Shown here one piece after another: positions 46,108 to 57,596 of a DNA stretch of 64,000 nucleotides (its first letter is position 1; every line of letters begins with the position of its first letter). Origin of the DNA: Flectonema sp. DT1601 (Eukaryota). The position numbers were made by a program, and so were the translations under genes. Location: assembly GCA_964019425.1 (NCBI GenBank), contig OZ025791.1, positions 1,240,001 to 1,304,000 of the forward strand, in the 5' to 3' direction. The notes below the pieces were generated by a model. It was not told where the DNA came from. It was given only the letters and a program-made list of their open reading frames with translations, and ran no database searches.

Positions 46108-47973
46108 ATGTCGAAGCAAAAAGCCAAACAGACTAGTGACAGCAGCAGTGAAAGTAGCTCTGGCTCTGAGTCTGAGAGAGTGAAGTCAGCAAAAAAGAAA
46201 GCCAGCAAGCCTGCCCCGAAGAAGAGCAAACGGAGCTCCAACAGTAGCAGCGACAGTAGCAGCACTAAACGATCGAAGGTTGATTCAGAACAGGCGTGGA
46301 AGATACATCAGTTGAACGACCGGCTTGACAAATTGAAGACCGCACTCATTACCAAGCAAGGGGAATTGGATGATGAAGCAGACACTAAGAAATGCACGAG
46401 GTTGAAGAGGGAGATCGCGCAATTCAATAACGATATCACCAAAAACGAGGCCTTACACGAAAAACTAATGCTCCAACCAACAACATCCACCAAAGACAAC
46501 AGCGCATCGATCGCAGCCTGCGACAACATGAAGGTGCTGGTGGAGGCCATGCAATCAGTCGAAATGAACGAAGTCGGTATCATCGACCTGAAGGGGAAGG
46601 TTGTAGATGCTCAAGAGAGACCTCTTTACGAGGAAGCAGAAATCATTCTAGAGCGTCAATGCTATAAAAACTCACTGCAGTACATCACGGACAAAGACAA
46701 GAATGCCAAACCCCGAATTACTTACGTTGGAGGGACGCCCGGTGTCGGGAAGACGTCATTTCGTTTCTACCTGCTGTGGCTGTGGGTCAACAAGAAGGAC
46801 GGTTGGTTGAATAATTTTGAAAGTGTCCACTTTTCACATTGTAAACACATCTACACCATTACAAGGGACGACAGAGAATTTAGTGTGAGTCGGTCGACAG
46901 AAAAAGAGATATTCGATTCTGGCAATCCAAATCTCGGCCTTGGACTGATCGAGGCACCTGCAAAGCTGGAAGCACTTGAGCACCAACTCTACGGAATGGC
47001 AGCCCTCATCATGACCGTATCACCTGGACGACTTGGCGCTGGTACCGAGATCAGCAAGGTAGTGTCGAGTAAAACCTATATCACCTTGTGGGATATGAAC
47101 GAAGCAATAAAGCTGGTGCAGTTTGGCATATTCGGAGATGAGGGTAAACAACAACTGAACGAACGCTTCCCTCTGTATGGTGGTGTGCTGCGTCTGCTTG
47201 CGCATTCCGATCCTGAGGAACTGGTCAAAACGGTATTGACGCAGGTGACGATTGAATTCATTAGAGAAGTATTAGAGCGAGAAACGCCCAAAGGAAAATC
47301 GGCATTTGTGCATCGATTAGTAGCTCTGGGGAAAGACGGTGAAATCATCGGTTTCATCAGCAACGTTGTGTTGAAGAAGTGTTTGTACAGCCTGAAGCGA
47401 AGCAAGACTGACGAAATGCGTGGTCTCTTAAAAGTTGTTGGGAAGGGTGAGATGGGATTCATCTTCGAAGCGATGGTGTGTGGTGACCTCACAAGAGATG
47501 CTAAAGAAACCGGGAAATGTCACTTGGTGCTTGCCGATAAGACAACAATCAAGGTCGGGAGAGACTACCTCACATACAATGCCAACAGCAAACCTGCCGA
47601 GACAGGTCGACTTTACAAGCCTTGGAATCAGAATTTTCACGGATTGGACTTCTTCGTCCTACAGGCAGGGATTGGCAACCATAAGCAGACCCTGTACATG
47701 CTTCAAACGACCATCTCGAGTAGTCACAAGGAACTCTCTTTTAGCAACACGGAAATCACGACACTCATTAGGAATCTCGGCGGTGTATCGGCTATCGGCA
47801 AGATTGTCATAGTCTATGTACTCCCCGAAAAGAATGAAAAATTCAATCCACCAGAACCGATCAACGCGATGACTGAAGTTCAGAAAAATGCTACATCCGT
47901 AGTTGGATGGCCCGACCCAAAGATAGAGGGGTTTGACTACTCTGATGATGCTGAAGTCAGCGTTGATCTCTAG
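46108..47973 (+). CDS. Crinkler/RHS-type protein: low-complexity N-terminus, coiled coil, P-loop NTPase, C-terminal restriction-endonuclease-fold domain
   Basis: Walker A GTPGVGKT followed by YLL; SPG; YGGVLR; GFIFE; LYKPWNQNFHGLDFF...LQTTISSSH, the P..NF..D..Q.T...H pattern of CR-type REases. Confidence 0.8.
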   Translation: MSKQKAKQTSDSSSESSSGSESERVKSAKKKASKPAPKKSKRSSNSSSDSSSTKRSKVDSEQAWKIHQLNDRLDKLKTALITKQGELDDEADTKKCTRLKREIAQFNNDITKNEALHEKLMLQPTTSTKDNSASIAACDNMKVLVEAMQSVEMNEVGIIDLKGKVVDAQERPLYEEAEIILERQCYKNSLQYITDKDKNAKPRITYVGGTPGVGKTSFRFYLLWLWVNKKDGWLNNFESVHFSHCKHIYTITRDDREFSVSRSTEKEIFDSGNPNLGLGLIEAPAKLEALEHQLYGMAALIMTVSPGRLGAGTEISKVVSSKTYITLWDMNEAIKLVQFGIFGDEGKQQLNERFPLYGGVLRLLAHSDPEELVKTVLTQVTIEFIREVLERETPKGKSAFVHRLVALGKDGEIIGFISNVVLKKCLYSLKRSKTDEMRGLLKVVGKGEMGFIFEAMVCGDLTRDAKETGKCHLVLADKTTIKVGRDYLTYNANSKPAETGRLYKPWNQNFHGLDFFVLQAGIGNHKQTLYMLQTTISSSHKELSFSNTEITTLIRNLGGVSAIGKIVIVYVLPEKNEKFNPPEPINAMTEVQKNATSVVGWPDPKIEGFDYSDDAEVSVDL

Positions 47974-48295
47974 TAGTGCATCTGGCAGCACCGATACAAA
48001 AAGAAAAGTAACAAAGAAAACCACAAACAAAAAGAAGTAGCTTCTCTGTATTGATGTGCAGGTAAACGAAGACTTTTCCTCCTGCCACCCAGCCCCGATA
48101 AAATCTCGCCCGCAATTGAAATCGTACTGTCGTGCTTCTAAGCACCTTTACGATAAGAACACTAGTGTGAAAGTGAAATGTTGCAGTCATAAAGTATTTC
48201 TCACAGGAAACATGACCAATGAACTCACCTTTCGTTTGTTCGTCATCACATAATAAGGTGTCACATCGAGCAAGCTGCTGTGGGGTGTTGCATTG

Positions 48296-48925
48296 TAGCT
48301 TTTGGCTAAGGCCCTCCCTGAAGAGCAAGAACAAAAAAACTACTCGCACCTGAAGAAAACATACACAAAGAATACACTGTAAGCTGTGTTTGTCACAACA
48401 GGAGAGAAAAGAAAGAATGTCAAGGTTGGTCACCTTGCCTATCAACGCACAACATTGGTGGTCTCTACTAGACCCTGAGCGATCCCACTGGCTCTCTCAT
48501 CGTTCATAGTACCTGTGTGAAGTTATAAAATCAAAGGTAAACTATGAATTACAAATGACTTAGCCTGTTATTATAATGCCACAGGCAGGCCCTGCATTCA
48601 GCAACTATCCAGCAGTGCTTGGATGTCCTGATCTTCTTCTAAAAAAAAAGAAAGAAAAATAAAACTGTAGCTGGGATCACTCAGGATCAACAGACTACCA
48701 ATGCTACCTGTTGTACTTGCTCACTATGGGGGGTGATGCCAAACACCCAGAAGTACTAAACTGCTTTCCTTCTTGCTGCCCAGGGGTTTCTGACCAGAAC
48801 TAATAGAAAATAAAAAGCAGATGGGAAACAATAAAAAGTAAAATGGATATAACTGAAGTTAAACAAAAAAAATGAAGTAACAGACCAGAACAGATAGAGA
48901 ATAAAAATAAAAGATATAGGCAAGA
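48296..48925 (-). repeat. 1.37-kb repeat fragment
   Basis: Reverse complement of the unit from TAGCTTTTGGCTAAGG. Confidence 0.9.
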
Positions 48926-49035
48926 GTAAAATAGGCAACACAACACTCTCTATTAGCTACAACATAAACAAGTTGTGAAATAATGTTACTTACATTGTGT
49001 CAACCGTTATTCACAGAATAGAACAGAATACAAAT

Positions 49036-50898
49036 ATGTCGAAGCAAAAAGCCAAACAGACTAGTGACAGCAGCAGTGAAAGTAGCTCTGGCTCTGAGTC
49101 TGAGAGAGTGAAGTCAGCAAAAAAGAAAGCCAGCAAGCCTGCCCCGAAGAAGAGCAAACGGAGCTCCAACAGTGGCAGCCACAGTAGCAGTACCAAGCGG
49201 TTACAACTAGATTTCGAACAGGCATGGAAAGAAAAAATACTGAGTGATGTGATTAGCGGGCTGAACACCACACTCATAGAAAAGCTAATGGCTGTGAAAA
49301 AGGCCAAGGGAGATGCAAAGGAAAAGTTTGAACTTGAGATAGAGCAAATCAATAACGATATCACCAAAAACGAGGCCTTACATGAAAAACTAATGCTCCA
49401 ACCAGCAACATCCACCAAAGACAACAGCGCATCGATCGCAGCCTGCGACAACATGAAGATGCTGGTGGAGGCCATGCAATCAGTCGAAATGAACGAAGTC
49501 GGTATCATCGACCTGAAGGGGAAGGTTGTAGATGCTCAAGAGAGACCTCTTTACGAGGAAGCAGAAATCATTCTAGAGCGTCAATGCTATAAAAACTCAC
49601 TGCAGTACATCACGGACAAAGACAAGAATGCCAAACCCCGAATTACTTACGTTGGAGGGACGCCCGGTGTCGGGAAGACGTCATTTCGTTTCTACCTGCT
49701 GTGGCTGTGGGTCAACAAGAAGGACGGTTGGTTGAATAATTTTGAAAGTGTCCACTTTTCACATTGTAAACACATCTACACCATTACAAGGGACGACAGA
49801 GAATTTAGTGTGAGTCGGTCGACAGAAAAAGAGATATTCGATTCTGGCAATCCAAATCTCGGCCTTGGACTGATCGAGGCACCTGCAAAGCTGGAAGCAC
49901 TTGAGCACCAACTCTACGGAATGGCAGCCCTCATCATGACCGTATCACCTGGACGACTTGGCGCTGGTACCGAGATCAGCAAGGTAGTGTCGAGTAAAAC
50001 CTATATCACCTTGTGGGATATGAACGAAGCAATAAAGCTGGTGCAGTTTGGCATATTCGGAGATGAGGGTAAACAACAACTGAACGAACGCTTCCCTCTG
50101 TATGGTGGTGTGCTGCGTCTGCTTGCGCATTCCGATCCTGAGGAACTGGTCAAAACGGTATTGACGCAGGTGACGATTGAATTCATTAGAGAAGTATTAG
50201 AGCGAGAAACGCCCAAAGGAAAATCGGCATTTGTGCATCGATTAGTAGCTCTGGGGAAAGACGGTGAAATCATCGGTTTCATCAGCAACGTTGTGTTGAA
50301 GAAGTGTTTGTACAGCCTGAAGCGAAGCAAGACTGACGAAATGCGTGGTCTCTTAAAAGTTGTTGGGAAGGGTGAGATGGGATTCATCTTCGAAGCGATG
50401 GTGTGTGGTGACCTCACAAGAGATGCTAAAGAAACCGGGAAATGTCACTTGGTGCTTGCCGATAAGACAACAATCAAGGTCGGGAGAGACTACCTCACAT
50501 ACAATGCCAACAGCAAACCTGCCGAGACAGGTCGACTTTACAAGCCTTGGAATCAGAATTTTCACGGATTGGACTTCTTCGTCCTACAGGCAGGGATTGG
50601 CAACCATAAGCAGACCCTGTACATGCTTCAAACGACCATCTCGAGTAGTCACAAGGAACTCTCTTTTAGCAACACGGAAATCACGACACTCATTAGGAAT
50701 CTCGGCGGTGTATCGGCTATCGGCAAGATTGTCATAGTCTATGTACTCCCCGAAAAGAATGAAAAATTCAATCCACCAGAACCGATCAACGCGATGACTG
50801 AAGTTCAGAAAAATGCTACATCCGTAGTTGGATGGCCCGACCCAAAGATAGAGGGGTTTGACTACTCTGATGATGCTGAAGTCAGCGTTGATCTCTAG
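49036..50898 (+). CDS. Crinkler/RHS-type NTPase+REase protein, tandem copy 2
   Basis: Offset ~2925 bp from copy 1; identical except for a ~60-aa N-terminal segment and two nearby substitutions. ATG at 49036. Confidence 0.8.
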   Translation: MSKQKAKQTSDSSSESSSGSESERVKSAKKKASKPAPKKSKRSSNSGSHSSSTKRLQLDFEQAWKEKILSDVISGLNTTLIEKLMAVKKAKGDAKEKFELEIEQINNDITKNEALHEKLMLQPATSTKDNSASIAACDNMKMLVEAMQSVEMNEVGIIDLKGKVVDAQERPLYEEAEIILERQCYKNSLQYITDKDKNAKPRITYVGGTPGVGKTSFRFYLLWLWVNKKDGWLNNFESVHFSHCKHIYTITRDDREFSVSRSTEKEIFDSGNPNLGLGLIEAPAKLEALEHQLYGMAALIMTVSPGRLGAGTEISKVVSSKTYITLWDMNEAIKLVQFGIFGDEGKQQLNERFPLYGGVLRLLAHSDPEELVKTVLTQVTIEFIREVLERETPKGKSAFVHRLVALGKDGEIIGFISNVVLKKCLYSLKRSKTDEMRGLLKVVGKGEMGFIFEAMVCGDLTRDAKETGKCHLVLADKTTIKVGRDYLTYNANSKPAETGRLYKPWNQNFHGLDFFVLQAGIGNHKQTLYMLQTTISSSHKELSFSNTEITTLIRNLGGVSAIGKIVIVYVLPEKNEKFNPPEPINAMTEVQKNATSVVGWPDPKIEGFDYSDDAEVSVDL

Positions 50899-51220
50899 TA
50901 GTGCATCTGGCAGCACCGATACAAAAAGAAAAGTAACAAAGAAAACCACAAACAAAAAGAAGTAGCTTCTCTGTATTGATGTGCAGGTAAACGAAGACTT
51001 TTCCTCCTGCCACCCAGCCCCGATAAAATCTCGCCCGCAATTGAAATCGTACTGTCGTGCTTCTAAGCACCTTTACGATAAGAACACTAGTGTGAAAGTG
51101 AAATGTTGCAGTCATAAAGTATTTCTCACAGGAAACATGACCAATGAACTCACCTTTCGTTTGTTCGTCATCACATAATAAGGTGTCACATCGAGCAAGC
51201 TGCTGTGGGGTGTTGCATTG

Positions 51221-51755
51221 TAGCTTTTGGCTAAGGCCCTCCCTGAAGAGCAAGAACAAAAAAACTACTCGCACCTGAAGAAAACATACACAAAGAATAC
51301 ACTGTAAGCTGTGTTTGTCACAACAGGAGAGAAAAGAAAGAATGTCAAGGTTGGTCACCTTGCCTATCAACGCACAACATTGGTGGTCTCTACTAGACCC
51401 TGAGCGATCCCACTGGCTCTCTCATCGTTCATAGTACCTGTGTGAAGTTATAAAATCAAAGGTAAACTATGAACTACAAATGACTTAGCCTGTTATTATA
51501 ATGCCACAGGCAGGCCCTGCATTCAGCAACTATCCAGCAGTGCTTGGATGTCCTGATCTTCTTCTAAAAAAAAAGAAAGAAAAACAAAACTGTAGCTGGG
51601 ATCACTCAGGATCAACAGACTACCAATGCTACCTGTTGTACTTGCTCACTATGGGGGGTGATGCCAAACACCCAGAAGTACTAAACTGCTTTCCTTCTTG
51701 CTGCCCAGGGGTTTCTGACCAGAACTAATAGAAAATAAAAAGCAGATGGGAAACA
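51221..51755 (-). repeat. 1.37-kb repeat fragment (part of the 2.9-kb duplication)
   Basis: Same junction GTTGCATTG|TAGCTTTTGG as at 48296. Confidence 0.9.
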
Positions 51756-53193
51756 TTAAAAACATTGGAGTTTAACTTATTCTCCACCTTGTGCGCATCG
51801 GCAGCAAATAAATAAGAAAAAGGCAACCTGTTTGATCCAAATTGGATCCATACCACATCGCTGCTGGTGTCTGGTGAAGTTATAAATCTAGACAACCAGC
51901 AGCTTCTGATGACTTACCTGGCTTATGCCCCAGGCGGCCCTGCACCCCGATCCAATCATGTTCATTCTATTTAAAAAAAAATAAAAGAAAGTAGAACAAA
52001 ACAGATTGCCAAGTTGTTCACCGACTCCCCAGCGCTAACTCACAAGAGGGAGGTGTTGTTAATCACCTTGGAGGCTGCAATGCACTCCCCATGTTGCCCT
52101 ATGATGTAAACTGTGAATCACAGTATGAGGAAGAGTTATTTTAAAAGTGCCGATCTGTTTTCTATCGGTCTTAACCTGGTGAGCCAGTATTTATAAAAAA
52201 AGAAGAGAAGAAACAAAGTATAATGCCTCGAGCGACATTGTTTAATGATGCCGTCTACTTGGATATAAAATACCAGTAGCGGGTTCCTCTTATAGGACCG
52301 AGCAGATTGCAGTGAAACTGGCGTTGGAAAATTTAGGTCCGGTGGCGGAGGATGAACATGAATCTCTAACAACAACGACGCACCTGTTGACTGATTCCTG
52401 GCAACTTAACCCAGTCATTGTCAGCTTTGGCATCAAACCTGTTATTGGTTTCATCATAGAATTTAACAACCATTTCAACAGGTTATTTATTTAATTATTT
52501 ATTTAATTATTTTTTTCTTTTCTTTTCTATTCTCAGCGTGAGTGGTGCTGTTATTAGTTTTATCGTTATTATCGAACTTCTTCTGCAGTTCACAGCCACT
52601 CACCCATTTCCACTCTTCAATTCAAAGCCCGCTGTCCCGCCTCCGTCAAAGACCTGGCACTACCCAGCGGTGAACCTATCTAAGATTAGGATAGGGTCAC
52701 ATGAATGTCCTTAGTTTCTGTTCTGCCAGTTGTGCGTATTACTTTATTCTTTATTCAGGTGCTGTACAGACATGGAAAGCAAATTATTATAGTTCACTGT
52801 ATCCTTAACAGCTTGTTAAAAATCGTTGTATGTTAATATGATCCAATAGTGTTGTATTTTACATATCTCAATGCTTATTTTTTAAGATAACACCTGCGAT
52901 CCAAAAAGAAAAAAAGTCGAGTACAAAATCCTGTTGTGCAAACTCGCCCTGGCGGTGAGAAGGTGATGTTTTATGGTTGTTGGAAATTCTTTTGACTCAA
53001 ACTAGTATATGTGCCAGATAGGTGACCGGCACAGTAAGTGTACAATATTGTATGTTCTCCGTAACTGTCATGTTCCTTGCCAAAGAACACAGTTGTCTCG
53101 TACTACTATTTTCCTTACAGAATATAAATGTACTTTGAATGAGGAAACGTGTAATGACAACTTACATACTGAGATCTTCGGATATAGACACCC

Positions 53194-56100
53194 ATGAGCG
53201 ACAGTGATAGCGAAGTAGTGCAGCCGAAGAGGAGGACTAAAACATCTTCGGATACTACGGCATCTGACGTTGCGGATTTCGATAATGATGTGTCGACTGG
53301 ATCGGAATTAAGTGCAAAGCGGAGATGGGAAGATCTCAAGCTCGATAGTGATAGTGACTCTTCTGAGGCGTTACCGGGTTTTGATGAAGAGACCTCAGAG
53401 CCTCCCAGCGGGGGAGACCAGGAGTCCTTGATACCAGCACCGCCGCCTTTTTCTTTACCACAAGAAGTCAAAGTCATGCATTCGGGACCAGAATCGAACG
53501 AGCAGTTGAAAAAGATTACGGCGACGGCGGGTGCATCAATTGAGGAGGAGGAAAGCATACCACATCAAGAAAACAGAGGCTCATGTGAATCGGTAGTTTC
53601 TAGTTCGGGTAGTCCTTCACAAGAAAAAAAGAAATTGCTTGAAGAGACAGAAGACATTCGTCCAGAATCAAAACCGTCGGCTTCGCAGGAACAAGCCTGT
53701 TCTCGTTCAGCTTGTCTTTCGCAATGCGAGTCGACTTCAGAAATGACATCATTACAGAGGGATCTCTTAATACAGCCCGATACAGCGGAAGTCATGTTGA
53801 CTGTAAAATCGGAATCTTCTATTGTGGTTGCCACGAGCTGCGATAAATCACTGCAAGTGGAAGACGAGACAATTAGTACACTGGAATCACAAATGTCAAA
53901 AATAGCAGATCTCGAACGCTTGGTAAATCTGATGGAAAATGAGCGAACAGAATTGAAAAATGAAATTAATGTCTTAAAAAACCCGTTGCACTCCTTTGAA
54001 ACTCTAGCTGCAGCAACTGTGGCAACCATCGCAATTGCCTTGACAACAGAAGTACGGCAGCAAGAGGTGGATGTGACCGTTGAAAATTATCTACTTGCAG
54101 CTGTACAGGGGAGACTAGTTAGTATCCCGCCCACTACAGCCGAACTACATTTGCCAACGAAGCATCCACAAGTAGTTCTCCCACCGGAAAAGTATCAACC
54201 CTCTGATGAAGAACGAGACAATAAACGCAATGGCGATAAGATCAATGACGTCGTGATGCTTTTGAATGAAATAATGGAAGATGAATTTGATAATGCCGAG
54301 CAGTTTACTGACATTATAAATAAACTTAGACAACTGCATCTTCTGCACAACCAAAGCGGGGAACCAATAGCGAATGTTGAACAGTTGCAAAGTGTAAATG
54401 AACACAGTCAGTCAGTAGCAGCAGACTTCACTGTGCAGAATGATATTACAAGTTTGTTGGATGATTCTCCATCTACAAATGCTGTTGCTGGCATTTCCCT
54501 AGAGGAGCAACTTGCAAGAGTAACTCTACAGCTTCAGGCATCAAGAGAAAGTAATCAGTTTGACGCTGGTTTAAAGTCAACTATGGTAACACAAGTACAG
54601 CTTAATGTTCACAAACTATACGAACTCCAATCCGAATTGGAAAATGACAACAATGCACTCAAGCTAACAATAGCTGAATTACAAGAACATCACCCCCAAG
54701 AGGACCAAACTGCTGACTTAAGAGCAAAGATAACAGAGCTTCAGAATCATATTGAATCTCTAATGCGAAAGGCCGACTTCAAAAGCTCTCACGCAAACCT
54801 AGAGGAGGATTTGCATAGACTGATGATTCACAAAAAAACCTCAGCAATCATTAAAACACGCAAGACATTGCGACTATCGAGGCTGAGGGAAAATAAGCTG
54901 ATGTCTTTCTTTGACTCGTTGTCTTCGGTAACGGTATTTGACTATTCGTATTCGTCTCTTAGTGAAATTGAAAACAGGGAGAGGGGCACCACAATAAATG
55001 CAGAACGTCTTTTATCAGACGAAATTCGGGAAAGGTTTGCAAACAGCGAACAGCAGTTAGCGGAGTTGACGTCCATTAGAATACTCTCACAGTATGAATT
55101 TGAAGTTATAATGGATGTGAGAAGGGTTGAATTACTGCAATCTGAAAAAGCCACATTGGAAAAAGAAATTATCTCCCTTCAAAGTACTGTTGCAGAAACG
55201 ACTGGAAAATTGCACCAAACTCAAATGAAAACTCAAGATTTGGAAGAACTTTTAATAACGATGAAAGAAGAACACGAGTCGATGACAGAACGACTATCTC
55301 AGCGCTCAAAAAAAGACTTCGATCTTTTAACAGAGGAGAATGAATCTCTCACCACTCAGTTGTCATCATTGCAAACGATACACGAAGAAATGCTGGTTGA
55401 CAGAACTGAACTTTATGAACTTCGAGACCAACGTGATCACATCGAAGGAAAAGCAATGGAGACTGAAAAGCAAAATAAAGTACTGAGAGAAAGCCTTGAA
55501 ACGATGAAGGAAAAATATGACTCAGCGAGGGGGGGTTTGCACAAAGCGAACTCGATGGTGGAACGGTTGCAGAGCGCCTTGCAAACAACCGAAACTCAGC
55601 TTTCAGAAACCACTCAGGTACTAGAAGGCGAGCGGGAAGAATCGCAGCAGGAAATCCTGTTCCTCAACGATAGGCTTACAAAGTATAATAAAAAGCAATT
55701 TAAGAATGTCGAATCAGTACAAGCCGTTCAACAACTAAAGAGGAAAGTCTCTCTTCTAAAATCAACGATAAAAACCAACGAAATTGATGCGACTTCACAG
55801 GTGTCCATACTGCAGGAGCAACATGAACGTTCACTCTCTGACGCTACTAGTGACATATCTAAGAGATTCGAAGCTATAACACAAGAAAATACTGATCTTC
55901 AACAGATTGTAAAAACCTTAACAATCGCAAACAAGGAGCTTCAAACTGGCCTTACTCAGCATCAGTCGGAAGCTAGACAATTATCTTCCCAGGTTTCAGG
56001 ATTACACAGCGATATCCACACCTATAAAACATTATTGTCAACAGAGAGATCGCTGAGCGAGGCAAGCCAAGCTGAACACCTCCAACATATTAGTGAAATC

Positions 56101-57078
56101 TCAGTTTTAAAAGAGCAAAGTAGCAATTATTCGTTGGAAAATAAACACTTGGCAACTGATGTGACGAATGAAAAAAAAAGATCTCTGAGACTTGAGGAGG
56201 AATTGGATAATTTGAAATTTACGATGAGGGAAATGTCTGAAAGAAAGGAGGAGATTGAAGATGTTGTTGCTGGATACAAGACACTAGTCTCAAATAGCAA
56301 TGCGATATTACAAAGACAAGTCTCAGAGAGAGAAGATTATCCGTTGCAGCTTAGACAGGAATTGCATTCCAGTAAGGCATCCAACAGACGTCTTGTTGAG
56401 GAGAATTTTCTATTCCAAAATTCGATAGAATCTCTCAAGAGTGAGCTACACCAGGTGCAGACTTGTAACGATAATCTAAACAGTCATAATAAGGCTCTCG
56501 AAAATGTCACGAGAGGGGCCCGTCACAGAGAGGTGATAGATTCACATCAGAGCAGTCATTTAGAAAAAACTACAGCACGGCAACAGCTTCAAATAAAGCA
56601 GTTATCATCTACGAGGGATGCACTAGAGGTTATGGTTGATGAATACAAGTCATTACTTCATAGTGAAAAAGATCTCAAGAGAGAAGAAATGATTCGCTTG
56701 ACCGACTCCCTTGCGGAAACCAGAGCTGAAGTTGTATATCTACAGAGGACTAGTCCACAAAGGAAAGCATTGCAGCAATTACCGTCACTTGAAACCCTTC
56801 GGAGAACTGATTTAAAACTTCATGAAAAAACAGCACTGTGTGGTATAATCCATTTCGCTATGCATGGTGTAGCAGCTATTAATATTGATACTTCTCGTTT
56901 TATGAAAACACCTACCAGTCCTTATCTACTTCCTGGTGGTCAACAAACTGATGATGGTATGCCGTCACTTGCTGACCTGGCACTCCGACTTGATAAGTGT
57001 ATGAAAAGCTATCGGAAAAGTAAGCGAAAGAAGCTGGACACTACTAACCGTCCACAAGTTAAGAAACAGTCGGGTTAG
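53194..57078 (+). CDS. 1294-aa protein, acidic/Ser-rich N-terminus and long coiled coil, function unknown
   Basis: Long uninterrupted ORF with heptad-like E/Q/K/L composition and a basic C-terminal patch. Confidence 0.85.
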   Translation: MSDSDSEVVQPKRRTKTSSDTTASDVADFDNDVSTGSELSAKRRWEDLKLDSDSDSSEALPGFDEETSEPPSGGDQESLIPAPPPFSLPQEVKVMHSGPESNEQLKKITATAGASIEEEESIPHQENRGSCESVVSSSGSPSQEKKKLLEETEDIRPESKPSASQEQACSRSACLSQCESTSEMTSLQRDLLIQPDTAEVMLTVKSESSIVVATSCDKSLQVEDETISTLESQMSKIADLERLVNLMENERTELKNEINVLKNPLHSFETLAAATVATIAIALTTEVRQQEVDVTVENYLLAAVQGRLVSIPPTTAELHLPTKHPQVVLPPEKYQPSDEERDNKRNGDKINDVVMLLNEIMEDEFDNAEQFTDIINKLRQLHLLHNQSGEPIANVEQLQSVNEHSQSVAADFTVQNDITSLLDDSPSTNAVAGISLEEQLARVTLQLQASRESNQFDAGLKSTMVTQVQLNVHKLYELQSELENDNNALKLTIAELQEHHPQEDQTADLRAKITELQNHIESLMRKADFKSSHANLEEDLHRLMIHKKTSAIIKTRKTLRLSRLRENKLMSFFDSLSSVTVFDYSYSSLSEIENRERGTTINAERLLSDEIRERFANSEQQLAELTSIRILSQYEFEVIMDVRRVELLQSEKATLEKEIISLQSTVAETTGKLHQTQMKTQDLEELLITMKEEHESMTERLSQRSKKDFDLLTEENESLTTQLSSLQTIHEEMLVDRTELYELRDQRDHIEGKAMETEKQNKVLRESLETMKEKYDSARGGLHKANSMVERLQSALQTTETQLSETTQVLEGEREESQQEILFLNDRLTKYNKKQFKNVESVQAVQQLKRKVSLLKSTIKTNEIDATSQVSILQEQHERSLSDATSDISKRFEAITQENTDLQQIVKTLTIANKELQTGLTQHQSEARQLSSQVSGLHSDIHTYKTLLSTERSLSEASQAEHLQHISEISVLKEQSSNYSLENKHLATDVTNEKKRSLRLEEELDNLKFTMREMSERKEEIEDVVAGYKTLVSNSNAILQRQVSEREDYPLQLRQELHSSKASNRRLVEENFLFQNSIESLKSELHQVQTCNDNLNSHNKALENVTRGARHREVIDSHQSSHLEKTTARQQLQIKQLSSTRDALEVMVDEYKSLLHSEKDLKREEMIRLTDSLAETRAEVVYLQRTSPQRKALQQLPSLETLRRTDLKLHEKTALCGIIHFAMHGVAAINIDTSRFMKTPTSPYLLPGGQQTDDGMPSLADLALRLDKCMKSYRKSKRKKLDTTNRPQVKKQSG

Positions 57079-57596
57079 GAATCATTTTCAGCGTTTCTGT
57101 GAAAATATTACCCTCTTGTTGGTAGTGAAGTTCTTATTTAAATAGTCGAAATATTACTCGGGATTTCGACTTTCGAGCTGTAAAACTCTACCCGTGTTGA
57201 ATTTCAGTTCTTGTCTTTTAGTTTCTCATTCTATTTACTTTGTTTTTATTCCAGTCTTTTTAACTTAGTCAAGGTAATTAGTGGTACGGTTATTCTCAGT
57301 TATTTGTTGTTGTTATTTTGTTTTACTGCAACGAAACAATTATTCTTCTCGAGGCATACAGTCACTATGCTTTATGTTTTTATAGACCAATGTCGACGAT
57401 ATATATTATGGGTCAATTGTTGGTAATGATATTATTTTATTTACTTACAGCAATAAAAACTACTTGTGTCGACCGGATGATTTGTAAAATAAAACCCTTC
57501 TTCATTCATTTTATCTATTTATTGTTATTCAGGAATCACTCGTCATTCACAAAAAACTTATACTACTGAGAGATGCGTTAATGTGATTCATAAGAA

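Noticed and set aside
48935..51217. TIRs around CR copy 2 (GCAACACAACAC vs GTGGGGTGTTGC)
   Set aside because: Only 10 of 12 bases match, there is no TSD, and the motif is absent upstream of copy 1.
52620..52700. Possible small RNA or ribozyme (GC-rich patch with CCTATC/GATAGG hairpin)
   Set aside because: Single occurrence with no recognisable family motif; needs an Rfam scan.
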